From NCBI GenBank assembly GCA_964016885.1, contig OZ024741.1:402132001-402196000 (forward strand): a DNA stretch of 64,000 bases, in the 5' to 3' direction. The translations under genes were made by a program, and so were the position numbers. Below are positions 40,199 to 53,504 of the stretch, piece after piece. Each line of letters starts with the position of its first letter. The stretch's first letter is position 1. The notes beneath the pieces were generated by a model. That model was not told the DNA's origin. It did no database searches and worked only from the letters and a program-made list of their open reading frames with translations. The stretch comes from Eledone cirrhosa. Lineage: Eukaryota.

Positions 40199-42667
40199 GG
40201 AGGGAAGCTAGGAGACAAGTGTACTTCGCAAGAAGGGAAGCAGAGGAAAGAAAGTTCAAGCATGTTCTACAACGTGAGGACCAAAAACGTGAGGTGTTCA
40301 GGATTGCCAGGCAATGTGTCAAGGAAAACCGTGATATTGTCGGGGAGAAGTGTGTACTTAACGATGATGGCATACTTGCCATCACCGACGCTGATAAGAA
40401 GGTAGCTTGGAAGTGTCACTATGAAAGGCTTCTAAATGAGGAGAACAAATGGGAGAAAGACAGTCTCCCCCAGATCGATCCAATAGAGGGACCAGCAGTG
40501 TTAGTTGAAGGTAGTATAATAAGTAAGGCAATCAAAGATATGAAGACGGGTAAGGCGGCTGGGCCTTCGGAAATAGTTGCTGAGATGCTGAAGGCATCTG
40601 GTTCGGTGGGACACACCATGGTCACCCGGATAGTTAACCAAGTCGTACAGAATGGGGTTGTTCCGAAGGAATGGCGTAGCAGCATCATCGTTAACTGCTA
40701 TAAGGGAAAAGGAGATGCCCTAGATAGGAGTAACTATAGAGGCATTAAATTAATCGACCAGGTCATGAAGGTCACGGAAAAAGTAATAGCGCAACTAATC
40801 AGAGAGAGAATTGATCTAGATGAAATGCAGTTCGGGTTTGTGTCAGGCAAAAGTACCACAGACGCTCTTTTCATTGTACGACAACTACAGGAGAAGTACC
40901 TAGCTAAAAGTAAACCCCTATACTTAGCTTTCGTCGACTTGGAGAAAGCCTTCGACAGAGTCCCCCGTTCCATTATCTGGTGGTCTCTTAGAAAACTAGG
41001 TGTTGACGAATGGCTTGTGAGAGCTATACAAGCCATGTATAAAGAAACAGTCAGTAAGGTTAGAATTAACAACGAATATAGTGAAGAGTTTAGCGTAAAA
41101 GTTGGTGTCCATCAGGGCTCTGTTCTTAGCCCCCTACTATTTATTATTGCCCTTCAGGCTATAACAGAGGAGTTCAAGACCGGCTGCCCATGGGAACTCC
41201 TATACGCAGATGATCTAACGCTCATAGCTGAATCAATGACCGAACTAGAGAAGAAATTCCAAACGTGGAAGCACGGCCTAGAATCAAAAGGCCTTAAAAT
41301 TAACCTGGCTAAGACTAAAGTTCTAGTTTGTAGGAAAGAAAATAAGGCGGCGGTCCCATCGGGGAAATGGCCATGCTCAGTGTGTAGGAAAGGCGTAGGT
41401 AGAAACTCCATTTTATGTCCCAAATGCAAAGTATGGGTGCATAAAAGATGTAGTGGGATCACAGGTAAGCTAACTAAGAACATAGATTTTACATGTGGCC
41501 GGTGCTCTGGTGCAATAAGTAGCAGCAAGTGCCCACAAAATACTAGCTCCTTCAACTGCGCAGAGGGTTCTATAGAAATAGTGGACAGCTTCCGTTATCT
41601 GGGTGACAAAATCAGCAGTGGGGGAGGGTGCTCTGAAAGTACAGTAGCTAGAGTCAGAACTGGATGGAAAAAGTTCAGAGAGCTTATACCACTATTAGCC
41701 GCTAGAGGGTTCTCCCTAAAAATGAAAGGCAGGTTATACGATGCCTGCATACGAACAGCAATGCTGCATGGCAGTGAGACCTGGGCATTGTGTGCAGAGG
41801 ATATACGCAGACTAGAGAGGAACGAAGCTTGCATGCTCCGCTGGATGTGCAATAGTAATATACGTGAACGGCAAAGCATAAACGAACTAAGGAAAAAATT
41901 AGAAATAAGAGGGATCAGATGTTGTTTACTCGAGAGAAGGCTACGTTGGTACGGTCACGTGATGCGCATGAAAGACGACAGCTGTATAACAAAGTGCAGG
42001 GCAATAAAGATAGACGGTAGCCACGGAGTAGGCAGACCCAGAAAAACATGGGACGAGCTGATAAATTCCGACCTCACACGCTTACACCTCTCCAAGACAA
42101 TGTCACTGGACCGAGACCTTTGGCGGTACTCAGTAATAGAGAAGACCCGCCTTACCTAAATACAAAGTAAAAAACCTACTACAGTCAGTAGGCATCTCTA
42201 TCAAAACACACCCCCGTCCCACCACCTCCACCCCAACCACACCGCCCCTTTCAATGTAAAGTTATGTTGGTCCCACAACATCCAGGCCGAAACAAATGAG
42301 ATCGTGTAGGTGTCACGACAAAAAAACACACAGTCCACGCTGTAAATGTGGCCGTGTAGGCAACACGGTAAAAACCTCCCAGCCCCACACTGTAAATGTG
42401 GTTGGTGTTAGGAAGGGCATCCAGCTGTAGAAAACCCGCCAGACAGTCCACGCTGTAATGTGGCCGTGTAGGCAACACGGTAAAAACCTCCCAGCCCCAC
42501 ACTGTAAATGTGGTTGGTGTTAGGAAGGGCATCCAACTGTAGAAAACCCGCCAGACAGTCCTATGCGAGCAAGACAACCACTCTTGCCTCAAGTGGGAAA
42601 ACCCCCGTCCAAACCCATGCAAGCGTGGAACACGGACGCTAAACCTGATGATGATGATGATGATGAT
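40199..42667 (+). mobile_element. 5'-truncated RTE LINE with an uninterrupted RT reading frame
   Basis: Frame open 40199-42159 (NYRGIKL, QFGF, FVDLEKAFDRVPR, GVHQGSVLSPLLF, LYADDL, PHD, RRLRWYGHV); 3'UTR with ~115-bp duplication; (GAT)n tail; possible TSD GATACT at 40193 and 42668. Confidence 0.95.
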
Positions 42668-42886
42668 GATACTATTGTATTTTCACAGTAAAGTCTTTAC
42701 CTCACATAATATCTCACATAACATTTACATTACTCTATATATACTATTGTATTTTCACAGTAAAGTCTTTACCTCACATAATATCTCACATAACATTTAC
42801 ATTACTCTATATATACTATTGTATTTTCACAGTAAAGGCTTTACCTCACATAATATCTCACATAACATTTACATTACTCTATATAT

Positions 42887-42951
42887 GTCCAAACCCATGC
42901 AAGCGTGGAACACGGACGTTAAACGTTGATGATGATGATGATGATGATGAT
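42887..42951 (+). mobile_element. Very short RTE 3' tail within the satellite
   Basis: GTCCAAACCCATGCAAGCGTGGAACACGGACGTTAAACG(TGA)n, nearly identical to 42607-42667. Confidence 0.85.
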
Positions 42952-43902
42952 ACTATTGTATTTTCACAGTAAAGTCTTTACTTCACATAATATCTCACAT
43001 AACATTTACATTACTCTATATATACTATTGTATTTTCACAGTAAAGGCTTTACCTCACATAATATTTCACATAACATTTACATTAATCTATATATACTAT
43101 TGTATTTTTACAGTAAAGGCTTTACCTTACATAATATCTCACATAACATTTACATTACTCTACATATACTATTGTATTTTCACAGTAAAGGCTTTACCTC
43201 ACATAATATCTCGCATAACATTTACATTACTCTCTATATACTATTGTATTTTCACAGTAAAGGCTTTACCCCACATAATATCTCACATAACATTTACATT
43301 ACTCTCTATATACTATTGTATTTTCACAGTAAAGGCTTTACCCCACATAATATCTCACATAACATTTACATTACTCTATATATACTATTGTATTTTCACA
43401 GTAAAGTCTTTACCTTACATAATATCTCACATAACATTTACATTACTCTATATATACTATTGTATTGTCACAGTAAAGGCTTTACCTCACATAATATCTC
43501 ACATAACATTTACATTACTCTATATATACTATTGTATTTTCACAGTAAAGGCTTTACCTTACATAATTATCTCACATAATATCGAATCAATGAGATTTTG
43601 ATGTTATTTATTTTGAGAACAATACCTTAACATTAGTATGAGTGGCCAGTTACAGCTGGTTTGAACAGAAAGAGATGGAGAGTTCTGGCCGGATATGGCT
43701 GGTTTAAATGATAAAGGTTAAGGCCCCACCCCACCTCCAGAGCCTTAGTGATGTAAGTAGCTTCAGGTATGTATCACTGATATTGTTCTTGGATTTCTCC
43801 AGGAAAATATGTATAAGGCATATAACAGTTTTGAGTAGAATTTTTAATATCATAAGTAAGAATAATTATACAAATTGTAGGGTCGAATCAACTTGTCTTA
43901 AA

Positions 43903-44096
43903 TAATTGTTTCTACTTTTGGCACAAGGCCAGCAATTATACCAGTACATTACAGGTACTTTATTTTATCGACCCCGTAAGGATGAAAGGCAAAGTTAACC
44001 TCAGCGGGATTTGAACTCAGACCATAAAGGGCCGTAACTCTTTGCTGCAAAGCATGGTGTCCGACCCTCTACCGATACTGCCAATCCACCGCCCTT
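43903..44096 (-). mobile_element. SINE family D, full length
   Basis: Reverse complement of the 11805-12000 unit. Confidence 0.88.
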
Positions 44097-44325
44097 GTGT
44101 TAAATAATGGAATATGTTTTGTGCTTCTGAAGAAAGAAGAGAAAGTATTCTTCTTCTGAAGAGCACCTACCATTACTAGACTAGGGACATAGGCCTGAAC
44201 TGTGTGGGAGGTTTTGTTTTAGCTATACAGTTCACAAATGTGAGAAATAATTCTATACAGTTTACAAATGTGAGAATGAATTAAGTTTATGATCCAAGGT
44301 TCCACTGTATTTTAAATTACTTTAA

Positions 44326-44530
44326 CCCTTTAGCATTTATATTACTCTATTGGATTTTCATGGTAAGCACTTACATAGTATCTCCCAAAATATCAAATCT
44401 AAGAGATTTTGATATTATTTATTTTGAGAACAATACCTTAACATCAGTATGAGGGGCAAGTTACAACTGATTTGAACAGGAAAAGGTGAGATAATTCTGG
44501 CCGCATATGGCTGGTTTAAATGCTAAAGGG
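44326..44530 (+). mobile_element. MITE family F monomer (205 bp, piggyBac-type)
   Basis: TTAA TSD on both sides; 14-bp TIR CCCTTTAGCATTTA/TAAATGCTAAAGGG. Confidence 0.88.
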
Positions 44531-44711
44531 TTAACATTTTATTATCATATAACAAATATATAAGATTAAATAGAAATACATACATATAATCAATTAATTA
44601 TTGCTAGGAACCTTATAAATATAATATACAGCAAATATATGATCAAAGTTATGCAAGCCATCATGTAGTCAGAAAGGAGATAACGGTGCCTCTCACTCAT
44701 CCTCTTCACTC

Positions 44712-45440
44712 TTCCCCAGGAGGATGGTGAGGGGAGCTCTCTATAAACTCTACTATATTAGGCCCCTTCCCTGAAGGATGGTGAGGGGAGTTCTAGATAA
44801 ACTCTACTATATTAACCCCTTCCCTGAAGGATGGTGAAGGAAGCTCTATAAACTTTACTATATTAACCACCTCCCCTTCAGAGGATTATGAGGGGAAACT
44901 CTCTATAAACTCTTCTATATTAACCCTCTTTCCCCTTCTGGAGGATGGTGATGGGAACTCTCCATAAATTCTACTATATCATGCACCTCCTTCCTTGGAG
45001 GATGGTGAGTGAAACTCTCTATAAACTTTACTATATTAACCCCCTCCCCTGGAGGATTATGAGAGGAAACTCTCTATAAACTCAACTATATTAACCCCTT
45101 CCCCCTCTGGAGGATGTTGAAGGAAGCTCTTTATAAACTCTACTATATTATCCCCCCCTCCCACTGGAAGCTCTCTATAAACTTTACAATATTAAACACC
45201 TGCCCTTCGGAGGATGGTGAGAGGAACTCTCTATAAACTCTACTATATTAACCTCCCTCCCACTGGAAGATTATGAGAGGAACTCTCTATAAATTCTATT
45301 ATATTACCACCTCCCCCTCTGGAGGATGGTGAGAGGAACTCTCTATAAACTCAACTATATAACCCCCCCCCTCTGTCCTCCAGAGTATAGCGAGAGGAAC
45401 TCTCTATAAATTCTTCTATATTAACCACCCCTCCCTCAAA
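44712..45440 (+). repeat. ~45-55-bp degenerate minisatellite (~14 copies)
   Basis: Unit like CCCTCTGGAGGATGGTGAGGGGAACTCTCTATAAACTCTACTATATTAACC; its first units and upstream flank (44567-44805) recur inverted at 33770-34007. Confidence 0.88.
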
Positions 45441-45657
45441 CTTTACTTTATTTTGTATTCAATTTTGTTGTTGCTTTGGAATAAATAATTTAGCACAGAC
45501 TGGTAATTTCCTGTCAGCTCTGAATATAGATATCATATTTTAGGATCAAATATGTCAGCATCTCATTTGAATTAGATAAATAAATAGATAGATATCACAA
45601 CTCCCTACCCCGCTACATAAAGTCTCCTTTCAATTAATGATTTCTGATGTATCTATA

Positions 45658-45995
45658 CGAGGATCGGTCGAAAACTTCATATGCTGACCAAGATAATCTC
45701 ATGGAATGTCCAAATGAGGTTTATTTTTCAACATAGTCCCTAGAAAGAAACAATGCAGTTATTAATAAGAAGAGTTGAAATTAATGCATACAAGATTTCA
45801 CGGCTCTAGCATCACTCCTTCATAGGCTGACCAAAATACTCTCATGGAATCCCCAAATGAGGTTTATTTTTCAACACAGTCTAAGGAAATAAACAATGTA
45901 GTTAATAAGAAGAGTTGAAATAAATGTATATAAGGTTTCACAGCTCTAGCACCACTCCTTCGTAGTCAGCCTATGAACCTTTCAGCCGACCCTTG
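45658..45995. mobile_element. Tc1/mariner-type MITE with two internal units, inverted relative to 12391-13003
   Basis: TA|CGAGGATCGGTCGAAAACTTCATATGCTGAC ... GTCAGCCTATGAACCTTTCAGCCGACCCTTG. Confidence 0.78.
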
Positions 45996-47624
45996 AATCT
46001 CTCATTCATCGACTACATTTATTTATGTGCTCTCCATCAAAGTAAACCATCTTTAGGAAATTCTGCCGTTCTATATTCCTCAGTTCTCAATATCTAGGGT
46101 AACGTCTTTACCATTTTGTCCGTGGGGCGCAGCTGAGACACCACTCAGACTAGGGTGTAGTGTATGTTTCTTTCGTTGCTTGATCCTTTTTTCTTTCAAT
46201 CTCCTTTCCCCCTATCCCTTTTTGTTCCCTTTAAAAATGTGTGTTGTTTTTATTAGATACAGTTCAATTATTTTTATATAATTATCACGACATTGTAAGG
46301 TTTCCTATATTGAATAATGTTAGTTTTACATTTCAATTATCTTATAATAAAAAGTCTGCTTCAATTAGAAAATAAACGGATTCTTTCTTTATTTATAATG
46401 TCCGACTGCCGAGAGAAAGGGCGTAGAGAGTTGTGAAGAGTCGGGTAGCTACGTTACCCTCCTCACATAAATAATGGAAAACCAAAACAAAAAAAAACCC
46501 CCTCAAAACGAGGAGTTGACTGGGTGGAGGTAAGGTGTAGTGGAGAGGAAGGAATGGAGTAGGTAGATGTCGAAGAACCAGGGTAGATAGGTAGGGAGTG
46601 AGGAGGGGAGGGGACCCCCAGGTTAGGGTTTATAGTAGTTTTCGAGGAATACGGCAGCAATATCGTGTAGGTTTGCACTGAATCGTGGTGGTAGTGGCGG
46701 CAGAGGTAGTAAGTATATCATAGAATTATTACCACTATCAGTTAGTCCTGCAGTTAGTTCTATGTGTCCATGAGAAAGGCATGAACATCATATAATCTCG
46801 TTTACATTCACTCTATGATAGAAGTAACAAATGATTATTCTGTGTAGCGAAACATAGAATGGAAAGCTTCCCCTCAATTCTCCAGCAATCTCTACCACAT
46901 CCCACCGACCATCTATATATTACTCAGCGAACCAACATCCCCTTTACTCCACCCCCTATCTCTACTACCCCCCTCACACCCAACCGCCACTCCCCTCCTT
47001 CTCTTTATTTTTCTTTCTGTTCGTAAAACTAGTACAGACCAGGACGGTACTGTTGTTGGTTTTATTTAGTATAAGCGTAAGGCCTTTAGCGACAGCAGAG
47101 CAGTGTTACCGGCACCGAAACTAGGTGTTATATATTCTCAGCAGCTCGCCATAGACGAAGGAACGATAGATACATAGAAAGAAATGAAGGAGGAGAGAGA
47201 AAAAAGATAGAAAGAACGAACATAAATAACGTAAGAACACAATTGAAAAATTTAATTAATTATTTTACAAACAATTTCAAAATAATACGTGAAAGAAAGA
47301 AAGAAAAAGATAATTTTTATATATAATAACAATATCGTGAAATAAATATATATTTATATATAATTTTAATATAAAAATAGTATTAATATAAGCAAACGGA
47401 CGACGAAGGAAAACAATATATGTTATTTATTATTTACTGGTTTCTGTGGAGATGTTGATGTTATTTTAAAAGAAAATTAAGTATTGTTTGAAGCCACTAA
47501 CTGCCAGGTTTGTTAAATTAGTTGGTTGCTGAGGAGGAGGCCAGCAGACTCCAACATCAACTCTATTGATATTATATATTATCTTTATTATCTCTCCTCA
47601 GTCTAGCAACAGTTGTGTATCCAC

Positions 47625-47692
<68 letters not shown>

Positions 47693-47734
47693 CAGACACA
47701 CACAAACACACGCATATATATATATATCAACCCT

Positions 47735-47786
<52 letters not shown>

Positions 47787-47791
47787 ACCCT

Positions 47792-47858
<67 letters not shown>

Positions 47859-47877
47859 TATATACATTTTATTAAGG

Positions 47878-47934
47878 GAGTCTTCTTACTCTGGAGTTTC
47901 GCCTGTTTATCATAGGATCATCATTAGAAAACTC
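47878..47934 (-). ncRNA. Degenerate hammerhead motif
   Basis: GAGTTTTCT-AATGATGA-TCCT..AGGC-GAAA-CTC CA GAG-TA-AGAAGACTC: 9-bp stem I and stem III intact, core C3 lost. Confidence 0.5.
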
Positions 47935-48479
47935 TACTCCGGTATTGAGTACTCTTATCTCTCAGTTGTGACCCACACACGGATATACAGTATATATATA
48001 TATATATATATTTACCAACGAAACAATCTCATGCTTGCTCGTTGTTGGGAGAAGCGGATGAGACGGGAAAGAAAGTCTGCAAGCTTTATTTATTATTTAC
48101 CAGAACACATCGAATGTGATCTATCGGAGGATAAAGTTAAACGATAACAGTCTCCAATAATAACAGACATCGCTTCACTTCTCAGAACTGCAACATTTAA
48201 AAAACAAAACATCATGTGCGCGAATTTTGGTTTGTACTGCGCTCTAATTCGGCTCGGACTCTACTCAGTAAGTCATTCTATTGTTTTCATTACAATTGTT
48301 GTTATTTATCATTATTATTGTTGTTGTTGTTGCTTCTGTCATCTGTATTTCTTCTGCCTTTATTTCTTAATTTGTTTTCAAGAATTGAACTTAAAAAAAA
48401 AAATATATATATATACTGTATATTTATTATTATAGCTCCGAAGAGCTTGTGTTTATATATATGTGTGTATATATATATA

Positions 48480-48598
48480 TAATTGTTTCTACTTTTTGGC
48501 ACAAGGCCAGCAAATAACCAGTGTATTACTGGTACTTTATTTTATCGACCCCGTAAGGATGAAAGGCAAAGTTAACATCGGCGGGATTTGAACTCAGA
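48480..48598 (-). mobile_element. SINE family D, 3' part
   Basis: Core and tail match. Confidence 0.8.
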
Positions 48599-48795
48599 TA
48601 CACACACCCACGTTTATATAAACACAAGCTATATATATATATATATATGAATTAGCTATTGAAACGGCAAGAGTTCAGCGTTGGGACCCGACTCTTTATA
48701 ATATATATATATATATGTGTGTGTACAATTCCAAGGTATCGGGGCAACCACAGTTAAAAAAGGTACTCAATACATTGGTAGAGTATAGGTATCTT

Positions 48796-48845
48796 CATTC
48801 CTGATGAATTCATACAAATGAAACAGTTCTAGTCCTGTAGAAGTG
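48796..48845 (+). ncRNA. Type I hammerhead ribozyme motif
   Basis: CATTC-CTGATGA-ATT CATACA AAT-GAAA-CAG TTCTAGTC CTG-TA-GAA(G)TG. Confidence 0.6.
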
Positions 48846-51199
48846 TCTGTCTGTCTGTCTCTCTCTCTCTCTGTCTGTCTGTCTGTCTCTCTCTCTCATC
48901 AACATTCTGACCTTTATTTATTGGCTATTAAAACAAAAACAAAAGAAAAAGGATGACCTGCTTTTTATTTGCAGTATAAGCTTTTGTTTATTGTTAAACT
49001 ACCCCAAGTCTATCTGTATTTATCTATATATCTACCTGTCTGTCTCTAAGTCTCTCTCTACCTGTCTGCTCTGTATTTATCTTTCTCTAAGTCTCTCTAT
49101 CTGTCTTTCTCTCTCTATGGTCGTTTTTGTTCCCTCCTATTTTCTTTCCTTCTCTCTCTCTCTCATCATATATTTCGGTGTGTTATATTTATAAAGTTCC
49201 TAGCAATAGTTAATTATAACTATTATGTGTTTATATTTTCATTCTGAAAGAATTGTGAACAATTAGTAATGTTATTTATACAGCTGCGAATAAAATATCT
49301 CTCTGTCTATCTCTCTGTCTCTCTACCTTCTCTCTTTATCTCTCTATCTCGTGTGTGAAAAGTTTTCATTCTTATATATGTGTATATATATATGTATATC
49401 GATGTGTATATATATGTGTATATAGATGTATATATATATGTGTATATATATGTATGTATATGTATGTGTATATATATGTGTATATAGATGTATATATATA
49501 TGTGTATGTATATGTGTATATATATGTGTATATATGTGTATATATATGTGTATATATATGTGTATATATATGTGTATATATATGTGTATATATGTATATA
49601 TATATGTATGTATGTATGTATATATGTATATGTATATGTATGTATATATGTATATGTATATGTATGTATATATGTATATGTATATGTATGTATGTATGTA
49701 TATATGTATATGTATATATGTATGGATATATGTATATATATATATGTATATATGTATGTATATATATATGTATGTATGTATATATGTATATATATATGTA
49801 TATATATATGTATGTATATATGTATATATATATATGTATGTATATATATATGTATGTATATATATATGTATATATATATGTATATATATATGTATATATG
49901 TATGTATATATATATGTATGTATATATATATGTATATATATATGTATATATATATGTATATATATATGTATATATATATGTATGTATATATATATGTATA
50001 TATATATGTATATATATATGTATATATATATGTATGTATATATATATGTATATATATATGTATATATATATATATGTATATATATATGTATATATATATA
50101 TATGTATATATATATGTATATATATATGTATGTATATATATATGTATATATATATGTATGTATATATATATGTATATATATATGTATGTATATATATATG
50201 TATGTATATATATATGTATATATATATGTATGTATATATATATGTATATATATATGTATGTATATATATATGTATATATATATGTATGTATATATATATG
50301 TATATATATATGTATGTATATATATATGTATATATATATGTATGTATATATATATGTATATATATATGTATGTATATATATATGTATATATATATGTATG
50401 TATATATATATGTATATATGTATATATGTATATATGTATATATGTATGTATATATATATGTATATATGTATATATGTATGTATATATATATGTATATATG
50501 TATGTATATATGTATGTATATATATATGTATATATGTATGTATATATATATGTATATATGTATGTATATATGTATGTATATATATATGTATATATGTATG
50601 TATATATATATGTATGTATGTATATATATATGTATATATGTATGTATATATATATGTATATATGTATGTATATATATATGTATGTATGTATATATATATG
50701 TATATATGTATGTATATATATATGTATATATGTATGTATATATATATGTATATATATATGTATATATGTGTGTATATATGTATATATATATGTATATATG
50801 TGTGTATATATGTATGTATATATGTGTGTATATATGTATATATATATGTATATATATATGTATATATGTATGTATATATGTATGTATATATGTATGTATA
50901 TATGTGTTATATATGTATGTATATATGTGTATATATATGTATGTATATATGTGTATATATATGTATGTATATATGTGTATATATATGTATGTATATATGT
51001 GTATATATATGTATGTATATATGTGTATATATATGTATGTATATATGTGTATATATATGTATGTATATATGTGTATATATATGTATGTATATATGTGTAT
51101 ATATATGTATGTATATATGTATGTATATATGTATGTATATATGTATATATATATGTATGTATGTATGTATATGTATGTATATATATGTATGTATGTATG

Positions 51200-51230
<31 letters not shown>

Positions 51231-51293
51231 GTATATATATGTATGTATGTATATATGTGTATATATGTATATATATGTATGTATGTATATATG

Positions 51294-51328
<35 letters not shown>

Positions 51329-51797
51329 GTATATATATGTATGTATATATGTATATATATGTATGTATATATGTATATATATGTATGTATATGTATGTAT
51401 ATATGTATATATATGTATGTATATATGTATATATATGTATGTATATGTATGTATATATGTATATATATGTATGTATATATATATATATGTATATATATGT
51501 ATGTATATATATATGTATGTATATATGTATGTATATATGTATGTATGTATATATATGTATATGTATGTATGTATATATATGTATATATATGTATGTATAT
51601 ATATGTATATATATGTATGTATGTATATATATGTATATATATATGTATGTATATATATGAATATATATATATATGTATGTATATATATGAATATATATAT
51701 ATATGTATGTATATATGTATATATATATATATATGTATGTATATATGTATATATATATATATATGTATGTATATATGTATATATATATATATGTATG

Positions 51798-51974
51798 TAA
51801 CGAAGGAAATGTGGTAAGGAACCAGGTGGACCATAACGCACCAAAGTACTCAATACTTGAGGTAGTAGAGTGGGTAATAGGAACCAGTAAGACCCCGACA
51901 GCTGAGCTCAAGCCGTTTCGAATTAGCCGTCGAAACGGCTTGAGCTCAGCTGTCGGGGTCTTACTGGTTCCTAT
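51798..51974 (+). repeat. Short element ending in a perfect ~45-bp-arm hairpin (51877-51974)
   Basis: ATAGGAACCAGTAAGACCCCGACAGCTGAGCTCAAGCCGTTTCGA-ATTAGCCG-TCGAAACGGCTTGAGCTCAGCTGTCGGGGTCTTACTGGTTCCTAT. Confidence 0.9.
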
Positions 51975-52023
51975 ATATGTATGTATATATATATATGTAT
52001 ATATGTATATATATGTATATATG

Positions 52024-52060
<37 letters not shown>

Positions 52061-52106
52061 GTATGTATATATGTATATATATATATATGTATGTATATAT
52101 ATGTAT

Positions 52107-52146
<40 letters not shown>

Positions 52147-52334
52147 GTATATATATGTATGTATATATATATATGTATATATATGTATGTATATATATAT
52201 ATGTATATATATGTATATATATATATATGTATATATATGTATATATATATATATGTATGTATATATGTATATATATATATATGTATGTATATATATGTAT
52301 ATATATATATATATATGTATGTATATATATGTAT

Positions 52335-52374
<40 letters not shown>

Positions 52375-52577
52375 GTATATATATATATATATGTATGTAT
52401 ATATATGTATATATATATATATATGTATGTATATATATGTATATATATATATATATGTATGTATATATATGTATATATATATGTATATATATATATATAT
52501 GTATGTATATATATGTATATATGTATGTATATATATGTATATATATGTATATATATATATATGTATATATATATATG

Positions 52578-52624
<47 letters not shown>

Positions 52625-52625
52625 G

Positions 52626-52742
<117 letters not shown>

Positions 52743-52779
52743 GTATGTATATATATATATATGTATATATATATGTATG

Positions 52780-52862
<83 letters not shown>

Positions 52863-52871
52863 GTATATATG

Positions 52872-52974
<103 letters not shown>

Positions 52975-52975
52975 G

Positions 52976-53064
<89 letters not shown>

Positions 53065-53065
53065 G

Positions 53066-53116
<51 letters not shown>

Positions 53117-53117
53117 G

Positions 53118-53333
<216 letters not shown>

Positions 53334-53342
53334 CATATATAC

Positions 53343-53378
<36 letters not shown>

Positions 53379-53399
53379 GTATATATATATGTATATATG

Positions 53400-53434
<35 letters not shown>

Positions 53435-53435
53435 G

Positions 53436-53501
<66 letters not shown>

Positions 53502-53504
53502 TGT

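Larger units (their letters stand above)
34329..43580 (+). repeat. 72-bp tandem satellite (~19 units in four blocks: 34329-34477, 39823-40198, 42668-42886, 42951-43580)
   Basis: Unit AACATTTACATTACTCTATATATACTATTGTATTTTCACAGTAAAGGCTTTACCTCACATAATATCTCACAT; 24-aa periodicity in the ORF track. Confidence 0.95.
34323..43717 (+). mobile_element. MITE family F expanded by a 72-bp satellite and nested LINE insertions
   Basis: Left end TTAA|CCCTTTAACATTTA (34319-34336), right end TAAATGATAAAGG|TTAA (43705-43721); 43580-43717 matches the right part of the monomer 44326-44530. Confidence 0.82.

Noticed and set aside
39715-42159. 814-aa ORF as a novel repeat-RT fusion protein
   Set aside because: The N-terminal ~160 codons are Tx1 3'UTR plus five stop-free 72-bp satellite units with a non-ATG start. 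Only 40199 onward is real (RTE RT), so the fusion is most simply incidental.
34329-43580. Regular repeats as a CRISPR array
   Set aside because: Head-to-tail units without unique spacers, no cas genes, eukaryotic context.
47141-47152. Minus-strand ATG GCG AGC TGC TGA as a Cys-Sec motif
   Set aside because: Tiny ORF with no homology or SECIS evidence; expected by chance.
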